From: Thermoanaerobaculia bacterium
GTDB lineage: Bacteria > Acidobacteriota > Thermoanaerobaculia > UBA5066
Length of the DNA: 64,000 nucleotides
Assembly: GCA_041495865.1 (NCBI GenBank)
Contig: JBGQDL010000001.1
Coordinates: forward strand, 4,330-68,329
Direction of reading: 5' to 3'
Positions 19,821 to 28,009 of the stretch are shown piece by piece. The notes below the pieces were generated by a model. It saw nothing but the letters and a program-made list of their open reading frames with translations. It was not told the origin of the DNA and did no database searches. The translations under genes were made by a program, and so were the position numbers. Every line of letters starts with the position of its first letter. The first letter of the stretch is position 1.

Positions 19821-20951
19821 TCAGCCTGTCAGCTCGGGTAAGAGCCGCTCGAGCGACTCGAGGTCGTGGGCGGAAGCGAAGTGGTCGACGTAAGGGAGCG
19901 CCACCCGCATCCCGAGGGCCGCCGGCTCGTAACGCGGGTCGCCGAGGAGCGGGTTCAGCCAGATCACTTTTCGGACTCGGCGCTTGATGAGGCGCAGCGC
20001 CTCCGCGAGCCGGGCCGGGTCGCCGCGATCGAGCCCGTCGCTCAGGATGACCACGATGCTCTTGTGGTCCGCGAGGCGCTGGAGATGGCCCTCCGCGAAC
20101 GCCGCGAGGCTCTCGCCGATGCGCGTGCCCCCGGACCAGTCGGGCACCGACGTGAGGAGGCGCTCGAGGGAGAGCCGGACTTTTCCCGGCGCAAGCGACG
20201 CGGTGATGTGGACCAGCTCGGTGTTGAAGGCGAAGACCTCAGCGCGGGGCGCGGCGCGCCGGATGGAGAGCGCGAAGCTCATCAGGAAACGGCCATGGGC
20301 GTCCATCGACCCGCTCGTATCCAGAAGGAAGACGAGCCGCGACTCTGTGACCGCGCGGGTGCGGCGCGCCAGGACCAAGAGCTCCCCCGCCGAACCCAGC
20401 GCCCGTCGGTAGCTCGACCGCAGGTCCGGCCTGCCCCGGCCGCGCGTCGGAACGAGCCGCCGGCTCCGGTGTGTGGCGACGCGGCGCGCCAGGCGAGCGA
20501 GGAGCCGTTCCATCGCCGCGAGATCCGCGCCGGACCATCCGGTCTCGTCGAAGGGCTTGCGGCGAAGCAAGGCCACGGAGCTGTAGCCGGGTTCGTCGCC
20601 ATCCGACGAAGGCGTCCCCGGAGCGTCGCCCATGCGGCCGGCGTCGGGATCCCAGTGAAGAGGACGTCCCCGCGGCAGGGCGGGCGCTTCCGGCTGGCGC
20701 GGGGGCGGCGGGGCCGGCGCGATGTTCGGCTCGCCGTCCCAAAAGACGCCGAAGAGCTCGTCGTAAGTCTCGAAGCCGTGACGAGGGATTTTGAGAGCGA
20801 TCCGGACGCCTCGCCGGACCTCCTCTTTGTCCTCGAGATCGACGAACGTCAGGGCCTCCGCGGCATCCAGCTCGTCCCGAAGGGTCGTCGCGATGCCACG
20901 GGCCCTAAGGGCTCCGCCGATTCGGGCGAGGCCGAGAGCGAAATCTCTCAC
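19821..20951 (-). CDS. coxE: CoxE-like VWA-domain protein
   Basis: C-terminal von Willebrand factor A domain with MIDAS motif (LVFLLDTSGSMD...); overlaps coxD by 4 nt. Confidence 0.8.
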   Translation of the reverse strand: MRDFALGLARIGGALRARGIATTLRDELDAAEALTFVDLEDKEEVRRGVRIALKIPRHGFETYDELFGVFWDGEPNIAPAPPPPRQPEAPALPRGRPLHWDPDAGRMGDAPGTPSSDGDEPGYSSVALLRRKPFDETGWSGADLAAMERLLARLARRVATHRSRRLVPTRGRGRPDLRSSYRRALGSAGELLVLARRTRAVTESRLVFLLDTSGSMDAHGRFLMSFALSIRRAAPRAEVFAFNTELVHITASLAPGKVRLSLERLLTSVPDWSGGTRIGESLAAFAEGHLQRLADHKSIVVILSDGLDRGDPARLAEALRLIKRRVRKVIWLNPLLGDPRYEPAALGMRVALPYVDHFASAHDLESLERLLPELTG

Positions 20952-21841
20952 GGTTGCGCCGGCTCCCGCGCGCGCTCGACGAGAGAAGCGACCTCCGAGG
21001 CGTTCACCGTCTGGAGGTCATGCCGGTCCTTGAGAAGACAGCCGAGGGTCTGGAAAACGTCCTCCGGCTCCAGCGCTTCGCTTCGGAGAATCAGGAGCGC
21101 CCGCGTGAAGTCAAGCGTCTCGGCGACGCCCGGAGGCTTGACGAGCTGGCGCTGCCTGAGGGCCTGGAGAAACTGCCCGACCTCGCGCGCCAGGCGTTCC
21201 TGGACGATCGGGTAGCGCGTGCGGATGATCCGCACCTCCTTCTCGAGGCTGGGGTGCTCGATGTAGAGGTAGAGGCAGCGGCGGCGGAGCGCATCGCCCA
21301 GCTCCCGCGTACGGTTGGACGTGAGCACCACATGTGGCGAGTGGTCGGCGCGGATCGTCCCCAGCTCGGGGATCGTCACCTGAAAGTCCGAGAGCACCTC
21401 GAGCAGGAACGCTTCGAAGCCGTCGTCGGCCCTGTCCACCTCATCGATGAGCAGGACCGGCGGACCCGCGGTGCGCGTGATGGCCTTGAGGAGCGGCCGC
21501 TCGAGGAGGCAGTCGCGGCTGAACATCCGGGCCTCGAGATCCCCCGGGGCGTCGCCACGAGCTTCCGAGATCCGCAGCCTCAGGAGCTGCTTCGGATAGT
21601 CCCATTCGTAGAGCGCCGTCTGGACGTCCAGCCCCTCGTAGCACTGGAGGCGGATCAGCTCGGTGTCCAGCAAGCGGGCGAGGACCCTTGCCAGCTCGGT
21701 CTTTCCGACTCCGGCATCGCCCTCGATCAGGAGCGGCTTCTGCATCTCGCGGGCCAGGAACACCGCCGTCGCGATCGTCGGATCGGCGACGTAGCCCTGC
21801 CCCTCGAGGGCGACGAGCAGCTCCCCGATCTCGGGCCTCAC
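20948..21841 (-). CDS. coxD: CoxD, MoxR-like AAA+ ATPase
   Basis: Walker A GDAGVGKTELAR, Walker B VLLIDEVDRAD, sensor LTSNRTRELGDALRRRC; GTG start at 21841 overlapping the upstream stop (the track ORF is over-extended to 22267). Confidence 0.8.
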   Translation of the reverse strand: MRPEIGELLVALEGQGYVADPTIATAVFLAREMQKPLLIEGDAGVGKTELARVLARLLDTELIRLQCYEGLDVQTALYEWDYPKQLLRLRISEARGDAPGDLEARMFSRDCLLERPLLKAITRTAGPPVLLIDEVDRADDGFEAFLLEVLSDFQVTIPELGTIRADHSPHVVLTSNRTRELGDALRRRCLYLYIEHPSLEKEVRIIRTRYPIVQERLAREVGQFLQALRQRQLVKPPGVAETLDFTRALLILRSEALEPEDVFQTLGCLLKDRHDLQTVNASEVASLVERAREPAQP

Positions 21842-22782
21842 GGCTTCACGGCCCCGGCGAGGTAGCGCTCCGGCGCTGCCTGGAAGCGCTCGCGGCAGCC
21901 CGCGCAACAGAAGACATACTCTCGTTCCCCGTGTCGCGCGCGGTGCGCGGCCCCTTGGACGCGCACGGTCATTCCGCAGACCGGATCGAGCGCCTCCTCG
22001 GGAGGCGCCGACTCGGCGATTCGCGGGAGCGAGAGCGAGATCGCGCGCCGCTCCTTCACGATCTCGGCCAGGATGCTGACGGCGATCTCCTCGGGGAGGC
22101 GGGCGCCGAGATCGAGGCCGGCCGGGTTCTTGATCCGCGCGAGACTCGCCTCGGGCGCCTTGCGCGAAAGGACGGAGCGCATCTCGGCGAATCGCTTCGG
22201 GCTCGCCACGACGCCGAGGTAATCCGGCTTTTCTTCGAGGGCCGCCGCGGCCGCTTCCTCGTCCCACTCGCCCTGCGTCGCGACCACCGCGAAGACGGGG
22301 CCCCGCTGCGCGCTGGCATTCCCCGTGGACGGGCTCTCGGACACCGCCCCGCCGGTCATCTCCTCGATGGCGTGGACCGTGTACCCCATCGCCCGGCCCA
22401 GCGCCCAGAGGGCGCGGGCGATTGGGGAAGACCCGTAGACTATGAGGCGGGGCGCCGGCAGGACCGGCTGAATGAGGATCTCCACGCTTCCTCCGCTGTG
22501 GCAGGTCATCGGGAAGAACGAGACGCCCGGACGCCGCGGCGCATTGGGATCGGGATCGAGGGCCACGAGGCGGGGCTTGCCGTCTTCGAGAGCCTTGAGG
22601 GCCTCGGCGATCACGGTCGGGCGCGTGCAGCTCCCGCCGACCCAGCCGTGGAACGCGCCCTCGCCCGTCACGAGCGCCATGTCCCCGACCTGGGCCGAGA
22701 GCGGAGCCTTGCGGGCCACGACCGTTGCGACCGCGAATCGTTCTCCGCGTTTGCCGAACTCGGCAGCCAGCTCGAGAAGCTC
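21838..22782 (-). CDS. XdhC/CoxI-family molybdoenzyme maturation protein with C-terminal YHS (TRASH-like) metal-binding domain
   Basis: ATG at 22782 preceded by GGGAG; XdhC N-domain (MRLELLELAAEFGKRGERFAVATVV) and Rossmann-like C-domain; last 50 aa DPVCGMTVRVQGAAHRARHGEREYVFCCAGCRERFQAAPERYL = YHS domain consensus. Confidence 0.7.
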   Translation of the reverse strand, partial: ELLELAAEFGKRGERFAVATVVARKAPLSAQVGDMALVTGEGAFHGWVGGSCTRPTVIAEALKALEDGKPRLVALDPDPNAPRRPGVSFFPMTCHSGGSVEILIQPVLPAPRLIVYGSSPIARALWALGRAMGYTVHAIEEMTGGAVSESPSTGNASAQRGPVFAVVATQGEWDEEAAAAALEEKPDYLGVVASPKRFAEMRSVLSRKAPEASLARIKNPAGLDLGARLPEEIAVSILAEIVKERRAISLSLPRIAESAPPEEALDPVCGMTVRVQGAAHRARHGEREYVFCCAGCRERFQAAPERYLAGAVKP

Positions 22783-22795
22783 CAGGCGCATCTCT

Positions 22796-23410
22796 TCAGG
22801 CTCCCGCGAGGTCCGCGCGCGCGCGTTCGTAGTCTTCGGCGACGTCGATGTCCCGAAGGGCGCCGACACTCGAGGCGACGACGGCGGCCTCGTGCGCGTG
22901 ACGGCGTACCACCTCCCTGCCACAGCGCCCTTCCGCGAGGGCGAGCAGCTCCGGGAAGAGAGAGCGGTCGTAGAGGGTGGGAGGGGCGTCGACTTCTCCG
23001 TATCGCGACAGGACGAGAGGTGCGCGGCTCTCCCGATAGCTCTCGACCACCGTTCGGATGGACGACGCCGTGACGAAGGGCATGTCGGCCAGGAGAACGA
23101 CGGCGGCGCCGACGCGCGTGCCAGCGGCCTCCGCGACTCCGGCCTTGAGGGAGGTGCCGACGCCCAAGGCGTGGTCCGGGTTCACGATGGCGAGGCAAGG
23201 CAGCCCGCGCAGCTCGACCCTCACCCTTTCGGCCTCGTGGCCCAAGACCACGACGACCGGCTCGAGGTCCGCCTCGAGCGCCTCGCGCACGGCCCGGCGA
23301 ACGACCGTCTCGCGGCCAATCGGGAGAAGGAGCTTGTTTCGCCCCATGCGGGTCGACGAGCCCGCGGCGAGCACCACGCCCGCCACCTTCGTGTTCTCAG
23401 CGGGCGGCAT
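22796..23410 (-). CDS. mocA: MobA-like NTP transferase, probable molybdenum cofactor cytidylyltransferase MocA
   Basis: VAGVVLAAGSSTRMGRNKLLLP...LLADMP nucleotidyltransferase motifs; embedded in the cox cluster. Confidence 0.7.
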   Translation of the reverse strand: MPPAENTKVAGVVLAAGSSTRMGRNKLLLPIGRETVVRRAVREALEADLEPVVVVLGHEAERVRVELRGLPCLAIVNPDHALGVGTSLKAGVAEAAGTRVGAAVVLLADMPFVTASSIRTVVESYRESRAPLVLSRYGEVDAPPTLYDRSLFPELLALAEGRCGREVVRRHAHEAAVVASSVGALRDIDVAEDYERARADLAGA

Positions 23411-24485
23411 GAACCGCGCTCTCCCGCAGACGCAGATGGTGAGGCTCGCGCCGCGCCCGCACCGCGAGCAGCTCCGCCACGATGCTGAGGGCCACCTGCT
23501 CGGGGCCGTCGGCCCCGAGATCCAGGCCGACCGGTCCGAAGATCCGCTCGTCGCCCTCGATCCCGAGGTCCGCCAGGATCTTCATCGTTCTCTTCCTAGG
23601 ACCCAGGATGCCGATGTAGAAGACGTCGGTCCCGGCGAGCCTCCGCACCCACTCGGTGTCCTGCTTCAAGGAATGCGTCTTGACGACGGCACACGCATCG
23701 CGGTCGAGAAGGACCTCCTGCGACAGCTCCTCCGGCCGAAGCGGAAGCAGCTCCCACGCCTCGGGAAAGCGCCGAGCGGCCAGGTGGGCGGCCCGATGAT
23801 CCGCCACGAAGACGCGGAGACCCGCGGCCGCGGCGAAGGACACGAGGGGGCGGGCGTCGTCCCCCGCTCCGCAGACGAGCAGCCTGGGCGGAGGCAGCAG
23901 CACTTCCGTGAAGACGAGCCGCGAGCCGAAGGGTTCGAGCCTCGTCGCGCGATCGCGCAGGGCCGCCGAGGCCGCTGCCTCCACCGCCGAGTCCGCCGCT
24001 TTTTCGTCGAGGCCGCCCGCGGCGCGGCCCGACGGTCCGACCGCGACCACTTCGCCGCGCCCATCCTCCTCGACGATCAGTGAGATCGCGAAGGGGGAAT
24101 CCCCCTGGAGCAAATGGCGGACTCGTGCCCAGGGTCCCGATGCGGCTTCTTTCGAGATCGGCAGGACGAGAACCTCCACGCGGCCATCGCAGCCGAGCCC
24201 GAGCCCCCAGACCCTCGCCTCGTCGTCGCTCGTGTCGTAGCGGAGCACGCGCGAACGTCCGGTGCGGATGACCTCCAGCCCCACCTGGCGGACGTCCTCC
24301 TCGAGGCAGCCGCCGCTGATGCCGCCCAGCGTGGAGCCCTCGGCCTCGATCAGCAGCTTGGCTCCCGTACGGCGGTACGCGGAGCCTTCGACGCGCGTCA
24401 CGACGGCCAGCGCGGCTGAACGGCCCTGCCGGCCGACGCGGCGGATGCGATCCACGATGTGGCTGGTTTCCTGCCAGTGCTTCAC
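23397..24485 (-). CDS. XdhC/CoxF-family accessory protein (two-domain XdhC)
   Basis: 362 aa; XdhC_CoxI N-domain (ALAVVTRVEGSAYRRTGAKLLI) and C-terminal NAD-fold domain (LLVCGAGDDARPLVSFAAAAGLRVFV); first gene of the cox operon. Confidence 0.75.
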   Translation of the reverse strand: MKHWQETSHIVDRIRRVGRQGRSAALAVVTRVEGSAYRRTGAKLLIEAEGSTLGGISGGCLEEDVRQVGLEVIRTGRSRVLRYDTSDDEARVWGLGLGCDGRVEVLVLPISKEAASGPWARVRHLLQGDSPFAISLIVEEDGRGEVVAVGPSGRAAGGLDEKAADSAVEAAASAALRDRATRLEPFGSRLVFTEVLLPPPRLLVCGAGDDARPLVSFAAAAGLRVFVADHRAAHLAARRFPEAWELLPLRPEELSQEVLLDRDACAVVKTHSLKQDTEWVRRLAGTDVFYIGILGPRKRTMKILADLGIEGDERIFGPVGLDLGADGPEQVALSIVAELLAVRARREPHHLRLRESAVHAAR

Positions 24486-24571
24486 GGCCGCGGAAGTCTA
24501 TACGGTGAGCGCCTCCCACACCCGGAGACTCCTCGCCGAATGCCGGCTCGCACGCCTCCGGCCAGGTCGCG

Positions 24572-24612
24572 GAAAAGAAAAATCGGCGCCGGAGTGATCT
24601 CGCTCCGGCGCC
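24572..24612 (-). terminator. Rho-independent terminator downstream of the RRM protein gene
   Basis: GGCGCCGGAG-tgatctcg-CTCCGGCGCC perfect 10-bp stem; on the minus strand followed by GAUUUUUCUUUUCC. Confidence 0.55.
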
Positions 24613-24641
24613 GGCGAAAGAAAAGAAGAGAGAGAGTCGGG

Positions 24642-24929
24642 CTAGTAGCGGCGTCCGCCGCCACCGCCGTACCCGCCACCGCCGCGGTTCTCCTGGGGCT
24701 TGGCCTCGTTCACCTTGAGGGCGCGGCCGTCGTTGTCCTTGCCGTTCAAGGCGCCCATGGCCTTCTGGCCGTCGGCGTCGGCCATTTCGACGAAGCCGAA
24801 GCCCTTCGAGCTGCCGGTGTCGCGGTCGGAGATGACGCGCGCGGACTCGATGTTGCCGAAGGGCTCGAAGAGGGCGCGGAGGGTGGAGTCGTTGACGGAA
24901 TAGGACAGGTTTCCAACGTAGAGCTTCAT
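24642..24929 (-). CDS. RRM-type RNA-binding protein with glycine-rich tail
   Basis: MKLYVGNLSYSVND (RNP2) ... KGFGFVEM (RNP1) ... C-terminal RGGGGYGGGGGRRY. Confidence 0.85.
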   Translation of the reverse strand: MKLYVGNLSYSVNDSTLRALFEPFGNIESARVISDRDTGSSKGFGFVEMADADGQKAMGALNGKDNDGRALKVNEAKPQENRGGGGYGGGGGRRY

Positions 24930-25114
24930 AAGGTTCCTTTGATAAACACCCGTCCGAAGGACGAGTGCGACTGAGCGATGGTGAGGAAAGTACGGGTAGG
25001 GTCGACGGGGACCTTTCGGTTCTCGGTCCGCTCCGTCAGGAGGAGAAAGGGCGAACAGAGGGAGTATAGCTCATTTCCGGCCGCTCCCAATAATCCGCGC
25101 TTCGTCGGGGGGCG

Positions 25115-25595
25115 GATGGCGGCTCTGGTCCTTCTCGTGAACGGGACGAAGCGGTCCGCGGAGGCGGACGCCGGCGAGTCCCTGCTCTCCGTGTTGCGCG
25201 ACCGCCTGGAGCTCACCGGCACGAAGTACGGCTGTGGCGAGGGACAGTGCGGGGCGTGCACCGTCCTCCTCGACGGCCGCCCCGCGCGCTCGTGCCTCAC
25301 CTCGGCCGCCGACGCCCCGGGAAAGAAGATCACGACCATCGAGGGGCTGGAGGCAAACGGCCGGCTTCACGCGGTACAGGAGGCATTCCTCAAGGAGGAG
25401 GCTTTCCAGTGCGGCTCCTGCACGTCGGGAATGATCCTCGCCGCTGTGGCCCTCCTCGACCGCCGCTCCGATCCCGCCGATGCCGAAATTGTCTCCGCGC
25501 TCACGCGAAGGACGGGAGAATCGTGGGCACGCCGGTCTCCAAGGTCGACGGGCGCGACTTCGTCACCGGCAGGCATCTCTACACCTCCGACCTAG
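25115..25595 (+). pseudogene. Truncated [2Fe-2S] small subunit of a xanthine-dehydrogenase-family (IorA-like) enzyme
   Basis: First cluster motif CGEGQCGACTV...RSC and first half of the second (FQCGSCTSG) are present, but the sequence after DAEIVSALT runs into junk with no GNLCRC-GY motif. The 3' end of the gene appears deleted and its frame overlaps the next gene. Confidence 0.5.
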
Positions 25596-26847
25596 CGCGC
25601 CCCGGCATGCTCCACGGCAAGGTCCTGCGGCCAGCCGCCTTCAAGGCGATGCTCGTCTCCGTCGATCTCGAGCCGGCGAGAAGGCTGCCCGGCGTCGTCG
25701 CGGTCCGCGACGGAGACTTCGTGGGGGTGGCCGCGCCCGACGTCGGCACCGCCGAGCGCGCGCTCGCCGCGATAGCCGCGCAATGGAAAGCCTTGCCGCA
25801 GCCGTCCGACAAGGAGCTGTGGGACGAGCTGAAGAAGCCTCCAGAAGCGGGCGAGCGCTCCGAGCCGCAGACGACCGGCAGCGTCGCGACGGCGCTCGCG
25901 GCGGCGGACATCAAACTCGAGTCGCGCTACACGGTCGCCTTCATCGCGCATGCTCCGCTCGAAACCCGCGCCGCCCTCGCCGCGTGGAAGAACGGCGCGC
26001 TCACGGTCTCCACCGGCACGCAGAGGCCCTTCGCCGTGCGCGACGAGCTGGCCGACGCCTTTCATCTCCCCACCGAGAAGGTGCGCGTCCTCGTGCCCGA
26101 CACGGGCTCGGCCTACGGCGGCAAGCACACGGGCGACGCCGCCCTCGAGGCCGCGCGCCTCGCGAAGGCCGCCGGCAAGCCCGTGAGGGTCGTCTGGACG
26201 CGCGAGGAAGAGTTCACCTGGGCGTACTTCCGCCCGGCGGGCGTCATCGAGGTGAAGAGCGGCGCCGGGCGGGACGGGAAGCTCGCGGCGTGGGAGTTCC
26301 ACAACTACAACTCCGGGCCGGCCGCGATCGCCGACCCGCGCCTGGCTGCGGTGTTCGAGGCGGCGGCGGCGAGGTTCGGTTGGGGGAAGCAGGAAGCCGG
26401 GCCGGGCCGCGGCTTCGGACTCGGCGGCGGGAAGGACAAGGGCGGCTACGTGGCGACGTGCGCCGAGATCGCGGTGGACGAAGCCCGCCGCGTGCGCATC
26501 GTGCGCGCCACCGTCGCGTTCGAATGCGGCGCCGTCGTGAACCCGAACGGCCTCAGGAACCAGATCGAGGGGGCCGTCGTGCAGGGTATCGGCGGCGCGC
26601 TTTTCGAGGCCGTGCGTTTTCGGACGGACACATCACCAATCCGCGTTTCTCCGCGTACCGCGTCCCGAGGTTCACCGACATGCCCGGGATCGACGTCGTC
26701 GTTCTCGACCGCAGGGATCTGCCTTCCGCCGGCGCGGGCGAGACGCCGATCGTCGGCCTCGCGCCCGCCGTCGGCAACGCGATCTTCGCCGCGACGGGAA
26801 CCCGGCTGCGCGCCCTGCCCCTCGCCCCGGAGGGAATTTCCGGCTGA
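25539..26847 (+). pseudogene. Remnant of an IorB-like molybdopterin-binding large subunit (about 436 codons instead of more than 700, plus a 1-nt frameshift)
   Basis: GTG 25539 with GGGAG RBS; a/b-hammerhead domain (VGTPVSKVDGRDFVTGRHLYTSDLARPGMLHGKVLRP) and first MoCo domain (PDTGSAYGGK), then a jump to the C-terminal RFGWG...GRGFGLGGG...NPNGLRNQIEGAVVQGIGGALFEAVRF. The frame then shifts by 1 nt in the TTTT run at 26617-26620 to DGHITNPRFSAYRVPRFTDMPGIDVVVL...PIVGLAPAVGNAIFAATGTRLRALPL. Confidence 0.5.
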
Positions 26848-26949
26848 CGTCCGGCCGCGCCAGTTGCCGCGGCTCATCGGGCGTCATAACCTCCGGCCGG
26901 TCTGGCGAAAAATGAAAAACGACCGCTCGGATTCGCCCGGGAGTGCACG

Positions 26950-28005
26950 ATGACCGCTCGAGTAGCCGCCTGGGCTGCGCCCTCGTCGAAGGCGCCGCTC
27001 CTTCCCCACGCGATCACGCGCCGCGAGCCGGGGCCGCGCGACGTCCAGATCGAGATCCTCTACTGCGGTGTCTGTCACTCCGACATTCACCAGGTCCGCG
27101 ACGAATGGGGCGGCTCGATCTTCCCGATGGTGCCGGGCCACGAGATCGTGGGCCGGGTGACGAAGGTCGGCGCGGGCGTCTCGAAGTTCGCCGCGGGAGA
27201 TCTGGCCGGCGTCGGGTGCTTCGTCGACTCGTGCCGCTCGTGCGACCCGTGCAAGCGCAACCTGGAGCAGTTCTGCCAGAAGGGGGCGGCCTTCACGTAC
27301 AACGGCACCGAGATGGACCGCAAGACGCCGACTTACGGCGGTTACTCGGTCGAGGTCGTCGTCGAAGAGAGGTACACGCTGAAGGTCCCGTCCGGCTTCG
27401 AGCTCGCGGCGGCGGCCCCGCTCCTCTGCGCCGGGATCACGACCTATTCGCCCCTAAGGCGGTGGAAATGCGCGCCAGGAAACCGCGTCGGGGTCGTCGG
27501 GCTCGGAGGCCTGGGCCACATGGCGGTGAAGCTGGCCGCCTCGATGGGGGCCGAGGTGACGATGCTCAGCACGTCTCGGGCCAAGGAGGCGGACGCGCGG
27601 AGGCTCGGTGCCCATGCCTTCGAGCTGACGAACGAGCCCAGGGCGCTCGAGAAGCTGGCCGGACGGTTCGACATCCTGATCGACACCGTCTCGGTCGATC
27701 ACGACCTCAACGCGCACCTCGCACTTCTCCGGCCGGAGGGGGCGATGGTCGTCCTCGGCGTCCCGCCGCATCCGGCGTCCGTCGCCGGCATGTCGCTGAT
27801 TTACGGCAGCAAGACGCTGGCCGGATCCATGATCGGCGGCATCGCCGAGACCCAGGAGATGCTGGACTACTGCGCGTCGAAGAAGATCGCCGCGGACGTC
27901 GAGGTGATCCCGATCCAGAAGATCAACGAGGCCTACGAGCGGATGCTCAGGAGCGACGTCCGCTACCGCTTCGTGATCGACATCGCGAGTTTGAAGGGGA
28001 GCTGA
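26950..28005 (+). CDS. Zinc-dependent NADP alcohol dehydrogenase (cinnamyl alcohol dehydrogenase / YahK family)
   Basis: GVCHSDIH catalytic Zn motif, structural Zn CxxCxxC (CRSCDPC), GLGGLGHMAV Rossmann motif. Confidence 0.85.
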   Translation: MTARVAAWAAPSSKAPLLPHAITRREPGPRDVQIEILYCGVCHSDIHQVRDEWGGSIFPMVPGHEIVGRVTKVGAGVSKFAAGDLAGVGCFVDSCRSCDPCKRNLEQFCQKGAAFTYNGTEMDRKTPTYGGYSVEVVVEERYTLKVPSGFELAAAAPLLCAGITTYSPLRRWKCAPGNRVGVVGLGGLGHMAVKLAASMGAEVTMLSTSRAKEADARRLGAHAFELTNEPRALEKLAGRFDILIDTVSVDHDLNAHLALLRPEGAMVVLGVPPHPASVAGMSLIYGSKTLAGSMIGGIAETQEMLDYCASKKIAADVEVIPIQKINEAYERMLRSDVRYRFVIDIASLKGS

Positions 28006-28009
28006 GCGC

